A stretch of 64,000 nt of DNA from an uncultured Gammaproteobacteria bacterium (GTDB lineage: Bacteria > Patescibacteriota > Patescibacteriia > VMEV01 > CAYQCH01). The notes under the pieces were generated by a model. It worked only from the letters and a program-made list of their open reading frames with translations. It was not told the DNA's origin and ran no database searches. Positions 27,725-37,626 of the stretch are shown here, piece by piece. The stretch covers positions 125,942 through 189,941 of the forward strand of contig CAYGRO010000001.1 in assembly GCA_964352335.1 (NCBI GenBank). The letters run 5' to 3'. Position 1 is the stretch's first letter, and every line of letters starts with the position of its first letter. Made by a program: the position numbers and the translations under genes.

Positions 27725-28285
27725 ATGCGAAGAACGTATAGAAAAAAGAAATACAAGCCTGACAAAACACAATATCGTGCAAACGAGAAAATTCGCGTTC
27801 CCGAAGTTCGTCTTATTGACGAAAAAGGAGAAATGCTTGGTGTTATGCCAACAAAAGAGGCTTTAGCTCTTGCCCGAGAACGAAAATTAGATCTAGTAGA
27901 GGTGAATCCAACAGATGAACCACCATTGGCTAAATTCATGGATTTCGGGAAAATGCAGTATGAAAAAGAAAAATTAAAGCAAAAACAAAAGGCTAGCCAA
28001 AAAGTATTGGAAACAAAAGGAGTTCGACTTTCATTTAGAATGAGCGAACATGACCTAGAAACACGCAAAAGACAAGCTGTGAAATTCTTAGAAAAAGGTC
28101 ATAAAGTAAAAAGCGAACTCATTGTAAAAGGAAGAGAAAATGCTTTTCTTAAACAAGCATTCGACAAAGCAACTCTTTTCTTAGAACAAATACAAGAAGC
28201 AACAGAAGGAAAAGAACTTGTAATTGAACAAGCTCCAAAAAAAGAAGGACATCGTATTACTACTATTGTTTACATTAAAAAATAA
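27725..28285 (+). CDS. infC: translation initiation factor IF-3
   Basis: Conserved IF3 N- and C-domains (IRVPEVRLIDEKGEMLGV ...). Confidence 0.85.
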   Translation: MRRTYRKKKYKPDKTQYRANEKIRVPEVRLIDEKGEMLGVMPTKEALALARERKLDLVEVNPTDEPPLAKFMDFGKMQYEKEKLKQKQKASQKVLETKGVRLSFRMSEHDLETRKRQAVKFLEKGHKVKSELIVKGRENAFLKQAFDKATLFLEQIQEATEGKELVIEQAPKKEGHRITTIVYIKK

Positions 28286-28360
28286 TTGTATATGATGTAG
28301 ACGCAAGGCGAGAACTTTTCTCTCTCCTATCGCCTACATCCTACAACTTATCTAAAACCT

Positions 28361-28558
28361 ATGCCTAAGATGAAAACCCAGAAATCTGTTTCATCTCGAA
28401 TCGCGAAAACAAAAACAGGTAAATATAAAAGACGACGTGCTGGACAAGGTCACTTCAATTCTCGAGACACTGGTAATGCAGGTCGACGAAAGAAAAGTGA
28501 TATGCCTGTTTCTAAAGCAGAGCACAAAGCTTTAGACCAATTAATGCCTTATAACTAA
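28361..28558 (+). CDS. rpmI: 50S ribosomal protein L35
   Basis: MPKMKTQKSVSSRIAKTKTGK. Confidence 0.9.
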   Translation: MPKMKTQKSVSSRIAKTKTGKYKRRRAGQGHFNSRDTGNAGRRKKSDMPVSKAEHKALDQLMPYN

Positions 28559-28605
28559 ATTGATGATCCAGTAGATTCCTAACAGAATTGCTGATTTATA
28601 AAACT

Positions 28606-28950
28606 ATGCCAAGAGTAAAACGTGGGATGATGCATGCAAAGCGTCGTCGAAATATCCTCAAACAAACAAAAGGATACTACGCTGGTCGAAAGAACTTGAT
28701 CAAGCTAGCCCAAACAGCCATCCTTAAAGCCGGTCAAAATTCTTTCCGAGACCGTCGAGATAAAAAGAGTACTCGTCGTCGATTATGGAATGTCCAAATC
28801 AATGCAGCCGCTCGATTAAACGGAACAAAATATAGCGCAATGATTGACGGAATGAAAAAGAAAAACATTGTACTAGACCGTAAAATCCTGGCCGACCTTG
28901 CAAATAACAACCCAGAAGTTTTCACAAAAGTTGTTGAAGCAATCAAATAA
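28606..28950 (+). CDS. rplT: 50S ribosomal protein L20
   Basis: MPRVKRGMMHAKRRRNILK; internal start of the track ORF. Confidence 0.9.
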   Translation: MPRVKRGMMHAKRRRNILKQTKGYYAGRKNLIKLAQTAILKAGQNSFRDRRDKKSTRRRLWNVQINAAARLNGTKYSAMIDGMKKKNIVLDRKILADLANNNPEVFTKVVEAIK

Positions 28951-28990
28951 GATTTCAAAAAACGTCCCTATGGACGTTTTTTTGTTTTCG

Positions 28991-29140
28991 GGAACCCTCC
29001 CTCGCTTATGCCTTTTAGGCATGGCGCATTTCCCTCCCTTTTCAAGAGAGGGAGAGCTGCATCATAAAAACAAATTTCCCTCTCTTGAAAAGGGAGGGAA
29101 ATGTTTAGTCCGCAAGGCTGGCTGAACGAGGGAGGGTTCC
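28991..29140. repeat. GC-rich palindromic REP-like element (copy R2, about 150 bp)
   Basis: Outer IR ggaaccctccctcg / cgagggagggttcc. Inner mirrored hairpins ccctcccttttcaagagagggag and ccctctcttgaaaagggaggg. Confidence 0.55.
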
Positions 29141-29146
29141 AGCTAC

Positions 29147-29653
29147 CTACATCTTCCGCGAATCATACGCCCAATGCAATAATGCTTGGCGTTGTTTTTT
29201 TCTACAAGATAAATCCCCTCTTACACAATTCTTTTTTATTTGTGCAATATGGCGAACCATTTGCCGCCAACGTTTTATTTGCCTGTCATCATCTATATGT
29301 CTGCGCCCCCAATAATACCTGCAATACCATTGAAACCAACCATGAGGATCATCTGGGTGAATCCATCCTTTTTTTTGCCAAACCTCTAATGGTTGAGAGG
29401 CAGAGACTTCAAAAAAATTATAGCTAGGTTCTTTTTCGTTTTTTGGATTTAACTTAGATTTGGTAAACCAAGATTTTGGAAACTCAGGTTCTCCACCAAT
29501 AAAATAATACCCACCAAAGACTCCAAGTTTGAGCATTTCCTTTGGAGTTAACTCTGGTTTAAAATCTGGATCAAAATTCTTCCCTATTGGCTCAATCAAT
29601 TCATAGGTATAGGTTTTCTTTTGAAGATTGTCTTTATGTTTAATGATTTTCAT
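29147..29653 (-). CDS. conserved hypothetical protein with Trp/Tyr-rich motif (GWIHPDDPHGWFQWYCRYYWGRR)
   Basis: Long ORF with native codon usage. Family not recognised. Confidence 0.45.
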   Translation of the reverse strand: MKIIKHKDNLQKKTYTYELIEPIGKNFDPDFKPELTPKEMLKLGVFGGYYFIGGEPEFPKSWFTKSKLNPKNEKEPSYNFFEVSASQPLEVWQKKGWIHPDDPHGWFQWYCRYYWGRRHIDDDRQIKRWRQMVRHIAQIKKNCVRGDLSCRKKQRQALLHWAYDSRKM

Positions 29654-29662
29654 ACGACCTAA

Positions 29663-29989
29663 TTATTTTCTTATAATACATCTAGTTATTTGAAACAAAA
29701 CCACGCCAACCATTCCGATAAGGATATCCCAAGTAAAATCTAAAGGCTGTTCGGTTGCAAAAATGAATTGCCCAGATGCGTTTTCCCAAAGCTCATAGAG
29801 AACAATAATCAAAAACGCCACTAGATACATTTTTACTCCTTTTAAAAACTGAGCAAGAATCAACCCTAAAAGAAAACCATTTATGAGATGAACCAAAGAC
29901 CAACCATCAAAATAAATCCAATCAGAAACATAAATCTCTTTAATCAGCCATTGTCGAATTGGATGATTTGCAAATAAGGGTTCTTGCAT
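29663..29989 (-). CDS. small membrane protein
   Basis: Two or three TM helices. Confidence 0.4.
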   Translation of the reverse strand: MQEPLFANHPIRQWLIKEIYVSDWIYFDGWSLVHLINGFLLGLILAQFLKGVKMYLVAFLIIVLYELWENASGQFIFATEQPLDFTWDILIGMVGVVLFQITRCIIRK

Positions 29990-30111
29990 AAAACTTTTAC
30001 TTTAGTTAAAAATTCTTTTGATAAAGCCAGGCCGATCTGTTATAAATATAACATACGGAAGATAAATCTTCTTAAATTGTATTAATATTCTTAGACTTAA
30101 CGCATGATTTT

Positions 30112-30498
30112 ATGAAAGGATTTGTAGGAAATATTGAAAAACTCACTTTAGAAAATACCGATTATCGCCGAGTATTGTATACAGCAAAGAATAGCCAATT
30201 AGTTTTAATGAATATCCAACCCGGTGATGAAATTGGAGAAGAAACACATCATCTAGACCAATTTATTCGTCTTGAACAAGGAAATGGAAAAGCAATCTTA
30301 GATGATGTCGAACATGAAATTAAAGATGATTATGCCATTGTTATCCCATCTGGAACCAAACATAATGTCATCAATACCGGAACAGAAGAAATGAAACTCT
30401 ATTCAGTTTATTCTCCACCAAATCATCTTGATGGAACTGTTCATGTAACCAAAGCAGATGAAAGCGAAGAACATTTTGATGGAAAGACGACGGAATAA
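30112..30498 (+). CDS. cupin domain protein
   Basis: Cupin motifs (G..E.H.H...E ... PSGTKHNVIN). Followed by terminator aacacctag-tttaaaac-caggtgtt-TTTTTG. Confidence 0.7.
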   Translation: MKGFVGNIEKLTLENTDYRRVLYTAKNSQLVLMNIQPGDEIGEETHHLDQFIRLEQGNGKAILDDVEHEIKDDYAIVIPSGTKHNVINTGTEEMKLYSVYSPPNHLDGTVHVTKADESEEHFDGKTTE

Positions 30499-30625
30499 TA
30501 CAACTTTTTTTCAATCGAAAAACACCTAGTTTAAAACCAGGTGTTTTTTGATTTTAGCTAAACCCTTGTCATATTAACTAATATCTGTTAACTTCCCCCT
30601 TAACCCAATACCTAAGGAGATTCCG

Positions 30626-30955
30626 TTGAATATTTTCTTCTACCCCAATTACATCAACTGCCAAGCGACGAGAAGTCTTTCGCCTTGGCTCTACAAACAG
30701 CTAGACGCGAGAGAAATCCCACTAGAGGAAATCTTCTGGGCGGGTGAACTCGATGCCATACTGCGAATCGAAAAGCCATCAATTATCCGAGCATCCTCTG
30801 TTATGAGGTGCCAAGAAAAAGACCTCGCCGAGGTTTGCCACCAAAAAGGACATTTTCTCTTCTACGACGACCACCACATCCTGCCATCGGGCAGAGTCTC
30901 GGGAAAAGAAGCTGAGCTCGCACTTCGCGAATGGCTCGACAGAAACGCCAATTAG
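30626..30955 (+). CDS. hypothetical protein; high-GC cassette, TTG start
   Basis: AAGGAG 6 nt upstream of TTG. GC about 52%. Confidence 0.4.
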   Translation: MNIFFYPNYINCQATRSLSPWLYKQLDAREIPLEEIFWAGELDAILRIEKPSIIRASSVMRCQEKDLAEVCHQKGHFLFYDDHHILPSGRVSGKEAELALREWLDRNAN

Positions 30956-30998
30956 CCCACGACGGAGTTCACCTCTGTTCGTGGGCTTCGTTGTTTAT
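30954..30998 (+). terminator. terminator module copy 1 (gcccacga ... tcgtgggc followed by ttcgttgtttattgg)
   Basis: 8-bp stem. Near-identical copy at 31378..31425. Confidence 0.5.
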
Positions 30999-31065
30999 TG
31001 GAGTAATTGACAGCAAAACCAAAAAAAGGTTTAATCACCTTTCATGGATCTAGTATGGAGGTACT

Positions 31066-31364
31066 CTGTGAATAATACCGAGACGGTTTCGATCAAACTA
31101 TTCTTGTCCAAAGATGTCTTGGGAGAACCAATTTACACGGCCGAGGTCCACTGCCCTTCAAGGGAGGTCACACAAGGAACGGGAAATTGCGTCACGATAC
31201 AATTCCTCACCCATGTGATACGAGGCTTTCTCATTTCTTTTGGGAGAAAGTCTGGTGAAACCCCGGATGAGATTGTGGTGGAGCATGGTTCAAAAAGAAA
31301 AAACAAGCAAGTTACCGAAACCGAGCTTCAGACGGTAAAGCAAGCACTAAAGGAGTTCATCTAA
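31066..31364 (+). CDS. hypothetical protein; high-GC cassette, GTG start after GGAGG
   Basis: GC-rich ORF. The track lists it as 31044..31364. Confidence 0.4.
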
Positions 31365-31377
31365 TCAAAAAAAACGG

Positions 31378-31425
31378 GAAGCGGCCCACGACGGAGTAAT
31401 CCATTCGTGGGCTTCGTTGTTTATT
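31378..31425 (+). terminator. terminator module copy 2, identical stem and tail to 30954..30998
   Basis: gcccacgacggagtaatccattcgtgggcttcgttgtttattgg. Confidence 0.5.
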
Positions 31426-31434
31426 GGGGCGAAA

Positions 31435-32169
31435 TTATGATCTAAAGTTTTCAAATGAATTATCACATTCATTTAATTGATTCTGATTCTCAGGGCTCTT
31501 GAGGAGAATATCTAAATAGGCCTTTGTTGAAATTAATTGATTCGCTCGTTCATAATCTATCTCTTCTGTACGAGAGACTAAATTGTTTGAAATAAGTTCT
31601 TGTCGCACTAATTCTAATTCATTTTGGTTTGCATCTACCGCCAGAACTGGTTGAATAAGAGCACAAGAAAAAACTTTAGAGGCTTCTTTTTCTTTAAGCA
31701 AATAAATCTTTGACCAACGTTCAACATATCCAGCACCTGTAGAGAAACCACTTCCACCTGCGCTAAATTCGTATTGTGTTAAAAGGTCTTGGCTATTAGA
31801 TTCACAGTATTCATAAGGAAGCATTTCACCAGAAGCTCTTACAAGCAATGAGCTATCACATCTTAAAGAAAGCTGAGCTTGATTTAAGCTTTTGTACATT
31901 CTATATGGCCCCGAGTAATCCGGATAATACCCCAGTGCACCAATGAGAAAAGCGTTATTTGATGCATACGCTTCAATAGCCATATCCAATTCATCAAGCG
32001 CATAATAATCTGGTATGCTTTGGTTTTTTGGTGATAGTAATGGAGCTGAACTTTCTTGTTCAATTGTCGTTGATTGTTTTTGCTCCCCGTTATTACAACT
32101 TGCCCCCAAAAGAAGGATAGCTGAAAGAGAGATGATAGATACGTATTTCATATAAACAGAATTTATCAT
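31435..32169 (-). CDS. lipoprotein, function unknown
   Basis: Signal peptide with lipobox LLLGASC. Confidence 0.55.
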   Translation of the reverse strand: MINSVYMKYVSIISLSAILLLGASCNNGEQKQSTTIEQESSAPLLSPKNQSIPDYYALDELDMAIEAYASNNAFLIGALGYYPDYSGPYRMYKSLNQAQLSLRCDSSLLVRASGEMLPYEYCESNSQDLLTQYEFSAGGSGFSTGAGYVERWSKIYLLKEKEASKVFSCALIQPVLAVDANQNELELVRQELISNNLVSRTEEIDYERANQLISTKAYLDILLKSPENQNQLNECDNSFENFRS

Positions 32170-32206
32170 AGAAAATATCCCTCTACAAATGAGGAGGGTG
32201 TTTTTC

Positions 32207-32626
32207 TTACGAGCTTAATTTCTTTTTCAGCAAATACCTAGTAAAGCCTTTTGGTAAATTATCTAACTGACCAGCTATCTCATATCCATTCTTTTTATAA
32301 AAATCTACGGATTGAAAATCATGGGTATCAAGATGAATACTATGACACCCTCTATTGAGCGCTTCTTTTTCTGCCATTTCAAGTAATTGTTTCCCAAAAC
32401 CTTTTCCTCTGTAGTTTTCATCAATCCAGAATGTATCTATATTTAGCCAATCCCAATAAGAGGTTCCTGTAATCCCTCCTTTAATTCCCCCTGAATCATC
32501 TCTAAGAAAAATCACTAAAGGTTTATTATTATCTTTTGGAGAATATTTTTCATTGTATTTTTGGAGTTGATCAAAAAGAAACTTTTTATCTTTTTCATTG
32601 GGTTGATCTTCAGTCTCTAGTCTCAT
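32207..32626 (-). CDS. GNAT family N-acetyltransferase
   Basis: Acetyl-CoA motif RGKGFGKQLL. Confidence 0.75.
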   Translation of the reverse strand: MRLETEDQPNEKDKKFLFDQLQKYNEKYSPKDNNKPLVIFLRDDSGGIKGGITGTSYWDWLNIDTFWIDENYRGKGFGKQLLEMAEKEALNRGCHSIHLDTHDFQSVDFYKKNGYEIAGQLDNLPKGFTRYLLKKKLSS

Positions 32627-32834
32627 ATATTTTGAATCTAATTTTTCTCATAGTAACACAATAGCCCCAACTAGTTCCATGGATATCAAAAAAAAGACAG
32701 TAAAATTAGTGTACTTTCATGGCTGAGCCACGTGAACGGGAGCGTTCAATGTTGGTCCTGTCGCGTATAACCAGCAAGCTGGCACGCGACTCCCGCCTAC
32801 GAAAAAACAGCAGTACGAGCTGCTGTTTTTACGT

Positions 32835-32895
32835 GGCGGGCCGGACGAGAATCGAACTCGCGATCTTCTCCGTGACAGGGAGACGTGATAACCGT
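32835..32895 (-). pseudogene. 61-nt 3' fragment of tRNA-Asp (D-loop through CCA); direct repeat of 37627..37687
   Basis: Identical to the 3' portion of the intact tRNA-Asp 4.8 kb away. Homology stops at the tRNA D-loop. Confidence 0.65.
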
Positions 32896-32908
32896 TTGTG
32901 GAACGGAG

Positions 32909-34027
32909 CTATGGGTAAGTTTTAATGTTTTTCAATCTTGGGTACAGAATAGTGTCTTTGATGTCATCATGACATAATGCCCAAGTTATGAATCTTTCTA
33001 ATCCTAATCCAAACCCAGATGTTGTTTTATAATTAGGCATATCTCTTAGATCTATATACCACTGATATGATAATGGACTTATATTTTGTCTGTTTAATGA
33101 TTCTAAAATTTCTTCTGAAGAGTTTTGTCTTTCTCCACACCCAACAACTTCTCCTCCAAATGAGTTCTGAGTAATTGGTGGAAATATTAAGTCCCCATTG
33201 ATAACTTTGTCTGCATCATTCTCATCAGGTTTTTGGTAAAAAGGAACTCTATCTCTATCAAAATTTTTGATCCAGAATGGGGTTAAGAATTTGAAAATAT
33301 TAGCTAATTTTATTTCTCCTTCAGAAGAAATATCTCTGCCATGTTCCGTAAAGTTAATAAGTGATTCAAAACCATGCTTTTTTAGACTAGAAACAGCCTG
33401 ATCAAAAGAGATTGAAGGGAACGTCTTTGACTGCATTATTTTTGTTAAAGATAAATTAGTTTGTTCTGGATTTAAACTGATTTTATTAATAATTCTTGGC
33501 ATTTCTAAAAGTGTAGCTGCAAGATGTTTGATATAGGATTCTATTATTGGGTATAAAGAATCGAGATCCCCCAAGATTTCTGCTTCGCAATGAAAAAATT
33601 GATTTAAATGACGCTTGTCAGGGTCTTCTCCTCTCATAGATGGTAAATAGCAATATACTTTATCTATATTGTTCATAAGTATAGGTTCGAATCCAAACTG
33701 AGACGAATCGACTAGATTTGATACATGTTTACCAAACTGAATTGGTAGTGGTTCTGAGTCAGATCCTGGACCCATTGGAGATGAAACACTTGGTGTAATC
33801 ATAAATAAATCAATATTTTTGGCTCCAACTATATTACTAAAATAATAATCTGAAATTTTTTTCAAATAGTGTCTAAGAATTATTAAAGCACGGAAATAAT
33901 TGCTATTTGTAAGATCTTTATAATGAGAAGCAGGGTTATATTTTGGTATTGCGCAAGAATCTTTGTTTAGTGAAATAAAAATCTGGTCATCTTTAAACAT
34001 TTCCTCTTTCAGATTGTCGGGTATCAT
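32909..34027 (-). CDS. class II aminoacyl-tRNA synthetase catalytic-core paralog (Asp/Asn/Lys-RS type, no anticodon-binding domain; AsnA-like)
   Basis: Motif 2-like RGEDPDKRHLNQFFHCEAE. GGEVVGCGER motif. Motif 3 SGFGLGLERFITWALCHDDIKDTILYPR. Confidence 0.6.
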   Translation of the reverse strand: MIPDNLKEEMFKDDQIFISLNKDSCAIPKYNPASHYKDLTNSNYFRALIILRHYLKKISDYYFSNIVGAKNIDLFMITPSVSSPMGPGSDSEPLPIQFGKHVSNLVDSSQFGFEPILMNNIDKVYCYLPSMRGEDPDKRHLNQFFHCEAEILGDLDSLYPIIESYIKHLAATLLEMPRIINKISLNPEQTNLSLTKIMQSKTFPSISFDQAVSSLKKHGFESLINFTEHGRDISSEGEIKLANIFKFLTPFWIKNFDRDRVPFYQKPDENDADKVINGDLIFPPITQNSFGGEVVGCGERQNSSEEILESLNRQNISPLSYQWYIDLRDMPNYKTTSGFGLGLERFITWALCHDDIKDTILYPRLKNIKTYP

Positions 34028-34030
34028 AGA

Positions 34031-35023
34031 TTAATTCTCAATTATTTTAAATTCAACTGTCTCATTAACTATAGTTAACTCTGCTGTCCCTCCTATTGGC
34101 ATAGTAAGCAATGGCGAAGTATGACCAAAATCTACATTTGCTATGATAGGGATATCTTGTAGTTCTTGTTTTGATTTAATAATTTTCATTAATAAATCTT
34201 TAGACATTTTTGTTTCTTTTTGAAAACGTCCGATGCAGATAGCTTTTACTCCAGAAAAATCTGATTGATGTATTAGAGATTGAAGCTGTCTGTCGAATAA
34301 TTGAGGATTTATCTCAGCATCTTCTTCTAATATAAGAAGAGAGTCTTCCAACATTGGCCAGTATTCTGTCCCTTGAAGAGCATTAAGACATCTCATATGC
34401 CCTCCAATAATTCGTCCTAGAGCATGCCCCGTATTGATAATCCAATAACCAGAATTATCAATGAACTCTCTGTTTTCTTGATCAAGATACCATTGGTCGT
34501 CACTCCACTCTTTTGAGGGCTCGATATTAAAAGATTCCGAATTAGTGCAAGCTTTTTCAAAATAATCTTTTGTATAAGTAAAACCTTTTTTCATCGCCCA
34601 TGTAGAAAAATGAGGACCAATATAACAAATCATTCCTGTTTTAGTATTGATAGCATTTGCAAGAACTGTTATATCAGAGAAACCACAAAAAACCTTGGGG
34701 TTTTTTAAGATAAGGTCATAATCTATATATTGCAATAATTGATTAGCATTATATCCACCAATAACACTAAATATTGCATCTACAGTTGGGTCTTTAAATG
34801 CATCGTGTAAATCAGATACCCTAGATTCAACAGATGATGATATAAATTCATCTAATTCTGAAACATTTTTCCCGAATGATAACTTAAATCCGAATTTTTC
34901 TAAGTTTTTGATTGACTCTGCGATAATTTCATCAGTCAATAAACTTAAGCTTCTTGATGGTGCAATAATTCTTATATGATCACCTTTCTCAAGTTTCCTT
35001 GGTCGTATTGTATTTTTAATCAT
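34031..35023 (-). CDS. S66 family LD-carboxypeptidase (LdcA/MccF-like)
   Basis: Nucleophile motif FCGFSDITVLANAI, plus GGYNANQLL and a C-terminal His region. Confidence 0.75.
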   Translation of the reverse strand: MIKNTIRPRKLEKGDHIRIIAPSRSLSLLTDEIIAESIKNLEKFGFKLSFGKNVSELDEFISSSVESRVSDLHDAFKDPTVDAIFSVIGGYNANQLLQYIDYDLILKNPKVFCGFSDITVLANAINTKTGMICYIGPHFSTWAMKKGFTYTKDYFEKACTNSESFNIEPSKEWSDDQWYLDQENREFIDNSGYWIINTGHALGRIIGGHMRCLNALQGTEYWPMLEDSLLILEEDAEINPQLFDRQLQSLIHQSDFSGVKAICIGRFQKETKMSKDLLMKIIKSKQELQDIPIIANVDFGHTSPLLTMPIGGTAELTIVNETVEFKIIEN

Positions 35024-35027
35024 AAAG

Positions 35028-36149
35028 TTATTCTGGTTTAGATAAAGCTTGTTTAGTCTTTAATTCATTAGTAGTTAGCTTTTGTCTTGATTCTAGATCT
35101 CGCTCAAGTGCTTTAATTATATCTATAAGAAGATGCGGCACACTAGGGTCTGTATCGAATGGTGCTCGCTCTTGAAAGCTAGTAATCATTTGCTCAAGAT
35201 CATCTATATTGATCCCTGATTTTGCCCGAAAGTAACTCAAAGATCTTACATATTCTTTCAATATTCTATTTCTATTATGCTGTCCAAAAGGACGGAGACC
35301 TTCTCCAAATAATAAACTCGAGGTGATTATAGAATCTTCGAATTTTCTTTTGATTGCTTCATTTTCAATTTTTTCCAATCCTAATACGGGGAGACAGTCT
35401 TGAACATGTTCTAATCCAAACATTTGTTTTAGAATCATGGTTGATCCTAGTGCCGTTTCAACTCCAAGTCCTTGCTTATCATTTTCAAGCATTATTATAT
35501 TTCCAATATCAGCAAATTCACCAGATTTAGCATTTCTAATAGCTATGTTAAAATTTCTTCCTCTAACTCCTTTGACACCTATTTTATGACGATAGAAAGA
35601 TAAGGGCTTTGTATCTACTTCCTTTGAAATAGTAGCTACAGTTTTTTCACAAGCATCTAAAAGATCATTGTCCGATGAGTGTATCCTTATTAATAAATCT
35701 TTATTTGAAACTCCTAATGCTTTTTGCAGAAATGAAAAAGCATTTGAACATGATTGCTCAAGCTGGTCAGGGTTGTTGAGAGCTCCAATGCTAGGGAAAT
35801 ATGACCCCCAGTTAGGATTATATTCATCATCGAACAATTTATTTGTATTCCTTGTTCTTAAACAATCTTGTTTAATATATAATCCTTCTTCCGGTATCCT
35901 GTCTTCAAGTAGATAAGGTTTTAGTACACTAATATGAGAGCCTATAAACCTAACCGTAGGGTCTATACCAGAGGTAACCAATAAGGGGGGCTCTTCTGTG
36001 TATCCTAAAGAATTGAAATGAGATTTGAACAATAGTACAAGTCTTTCAATATATTCTTTAGATTTTTCTTTGTTGAATTCTTTATCCGGCAAATGTTCGC
36101 TTATATGGCTTTGATCAAATTTTTCTGACATATTTATATAAAAGTACAA
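35028..36149 (-). CDS. alanyl-tRNA synthetase catalytic-domain-like protein (truncated AlaRS paralog)
   Basis: The AlaRS N-domain pattern F..F.S.G...DPT..F ... Q.C.R is conserved. Motif-3-like GLGVETALGSTMILKQ. No editing or C-terminal domains. Confidence 0.5.
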   Translation of the reverse strand: MYFYINMSEKFDQSHISEHLPDKEFNKEKSKEYIERLVLLFKSHFNSLGYTEEPPLLVTSGIDPTVRFIGSHISVLKPYLLEDRIPEEGLYIKQDCLRTRNTNKLFDDEYNPNWGSYFPSIGALNNPDQLEQSCSNAFSFLQKALGVSNKDLLIRIHSSDNDLLDACEKTVATISKEVDTKPLSFYRHKIGVKGVRGRNFNIAIRNAKSGEFADIGNIIMLENDKQGLGVETALGSTMILKQMFGLEHVQDCLPVLGLEKIENEAIKRKFEDSIITSSLLFGEGLRPFGQHNRNRILKEYVRSLSYFRAKSGINIDDLEQMITSFQERAPFDTDPSVPHLLIDIIKALERDLESRQKLTTNELKTKQALSKPE

Positions 36150-36907
36150 CTAATCATTATCAAAAACTTATTTCTTTTGAATAAGTTTTTAGCAATATAT
36201 CCAATAGTTTTAATAAAAAATTTAGGCGTTTCCATAATTAAAGGATTCCCGAAATAATCAATATTTATGGAGCCAACATTTTTGTTTGATGCTTTAGCTG
36301 CTACTTCAATAATATTTATTATTGATTTGGTAGAGTAAAAATGCTCTGTATCTAGTTTATATCCTGGAATGAATTTAAGATACTTTAAAATCCATGCTTT
36401 TAGCGTAGGGCCAGAATAGAAATTAGGCATACCAATAGCAATTGATCCATTTTTACTAGAGACCCTGATCATTTCTTTAATAATCAAACTTATTTCTTTA
36501 GGTTTATAGTGCTCAATAACTCCAATATTCCAAACAAAATCAAATGATTCATCTGGGATATTCATCTCAAATATATTACCCTCCTGATAAGTAATCTCAT
36601 TCTGGTTTAGCTTTTGTGATAAAAATTCAGCATATGTTAATGCCGAGGGAGAAATGTCTAATAGGGTTTTAGTATAATTACTATCTAATAGTAGCGTTGC
36701 TTTGCCAGAGCCGCAGCCAGGCTCAAGAATAGAATTATATTTGTTCTTTTGCATTATGGTGTTGCCAAAATAAGATAATTCTTCGTAATACTCTTCCCAC
36801 CAGTAGGAAGAGTACTTTTTGAAACTTGTTTGATTTAATTCATTAGAAAAAATTTTGCTCCACTGTTCGTTTTCATGCTGAATCATCTCATTTAAACTAT
36901 TACTCAT
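36134..36907 (-). CDS. class I SAM-dependent methyltransferase
   Basis: Motif I ILEPGCGSGKATLLL. Confidence 0.7.
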   Translation of the reverse strand: MSNSLNEMIQHENEQWSKIFSNELNQTSFKKYSSYWWEEYYEELSYFGNTIMQKNKYNSILEPGCGSGKATLLLDSNYTKTLLDISPSALTYAEFLSQKLNQNEITYQEGNIFEMNIPDESFDFVWNIGVIEHYKPKEISLIIKEMIRVSSKNGSIAIGMPNFYSGPTLKAWILKYLKFIPGYKLDTEHFYSTKSIINIIEVAAKASNKNVGSINIDYFGNPLIMETPKFFIKTIGYIAKNLFKRNKFLIMISCTFI

Positions 36908-37551
36908 AGATTGTTTTGAACTAATTCTTTTTTGAGTTGGTCTAAAAATAATAATAAAAAGGCCGTTCGTTGCTCAGCTATTTCTTTTGCAGCTTTGGTA
37001 TGAAGCCTGTCTTTTATTACTAATAGTCTGGTATAAAAAAGATCTAAAGCATATTTTGAATTATCAGGAAGTCGATTAACACAAAAAGGATCTAGCGTGT
37101 TATAAAAGCTCATATTCATAGATCCTGCAGAAGCAAAAGTTCTCATTATTGATATAGCGCCTGTTGCCTCTAGGCTATCTGCATCTTGTAATATTTTACC
37201 TTCAATAAAATCCACTGTTGTCCCTTTTGAAAAAGAACAGTTAATTATTGATTGATATACTAAATCAATTTTTTCTGATGGGTAATCTTTATCTTTTTCT
37301 AGAGCTTCCTTTGCAAATAAAGCACTTTCTATTGAGCTATTATGTCTGTTTTTATGGTTTTTAGGGTAGCAAATCACATCATGAAAAATTGCAGCAGGAA
37401 TAACGATTTCTAAATCAGCATTTTCATCTTTAGCTAGTGTTTGAGCGATAGAAAGTACACGAAAAGCATGGTCAATATCATGAGATGAGTCATTTTCTAG
37501 TATCTTTTTTTTCGCTAACTCGATTAGTCTTTTTTTGATTAAATCATTCAT
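36904..37551 (-). CDS. HD domain phosphohydrolase
   Basis: H...HD...H...D metal ligands (HDIDHAF ... FHDV ... D). Confidence 0.7.
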   Translation of the reverse strand: MNDLIKKRLIELAKKKILENDSSHDIDHAFRVLSIAQTLAKDENADLEIVIPAAIFHDVICYPKNHKNRHNSSIESALFAKEALEKDKDYPSEKIDLVYQSIINCSFSKGTTVDFIEGKILQDADSLEATGAISIMRTFASAGSMNMSFYNTLDPFCVNRLPDNSKYALDLFYTRLLVIKDRLHTKAAKEIAEQRTAFLLLFLDQLKKELVQNNL

Positions 37552-37626
37552 ATGCTAAATCTTAGCAAAATATTGCGTGCCAATCTACCTAATCAAAAAC
37601 ACCGCTAGTTTTAGCGATGCTTTTGA

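Larger units (their letters stand above)
32896..37626. mobile_element. putative tRNA-Asp-integrated genomic island, about 4.7 kb and very AT-rich; no integrase seen
   Basis: Bounded by the intact tRNA-Asp 3' end and its 61-nt direct repeat. Five co-oriented, overlapping genes. GC is lower than the flanks. Confidence 0.5.

Noticed and set aside
32719-32925. 68-aa + ORF
   Set aside because: It runs through the tRNA-Asp 3' fragment and a terminator hairpin. It is therefore not coding.
34031-35023. Calling the S66 peptidase specifically MccF
   Set aside because: LdcA (murein LD-carboxypeptidase) and MccF share the fold and motifs. Only the island context suggests MccF-like, so it is kept as a family-level call.
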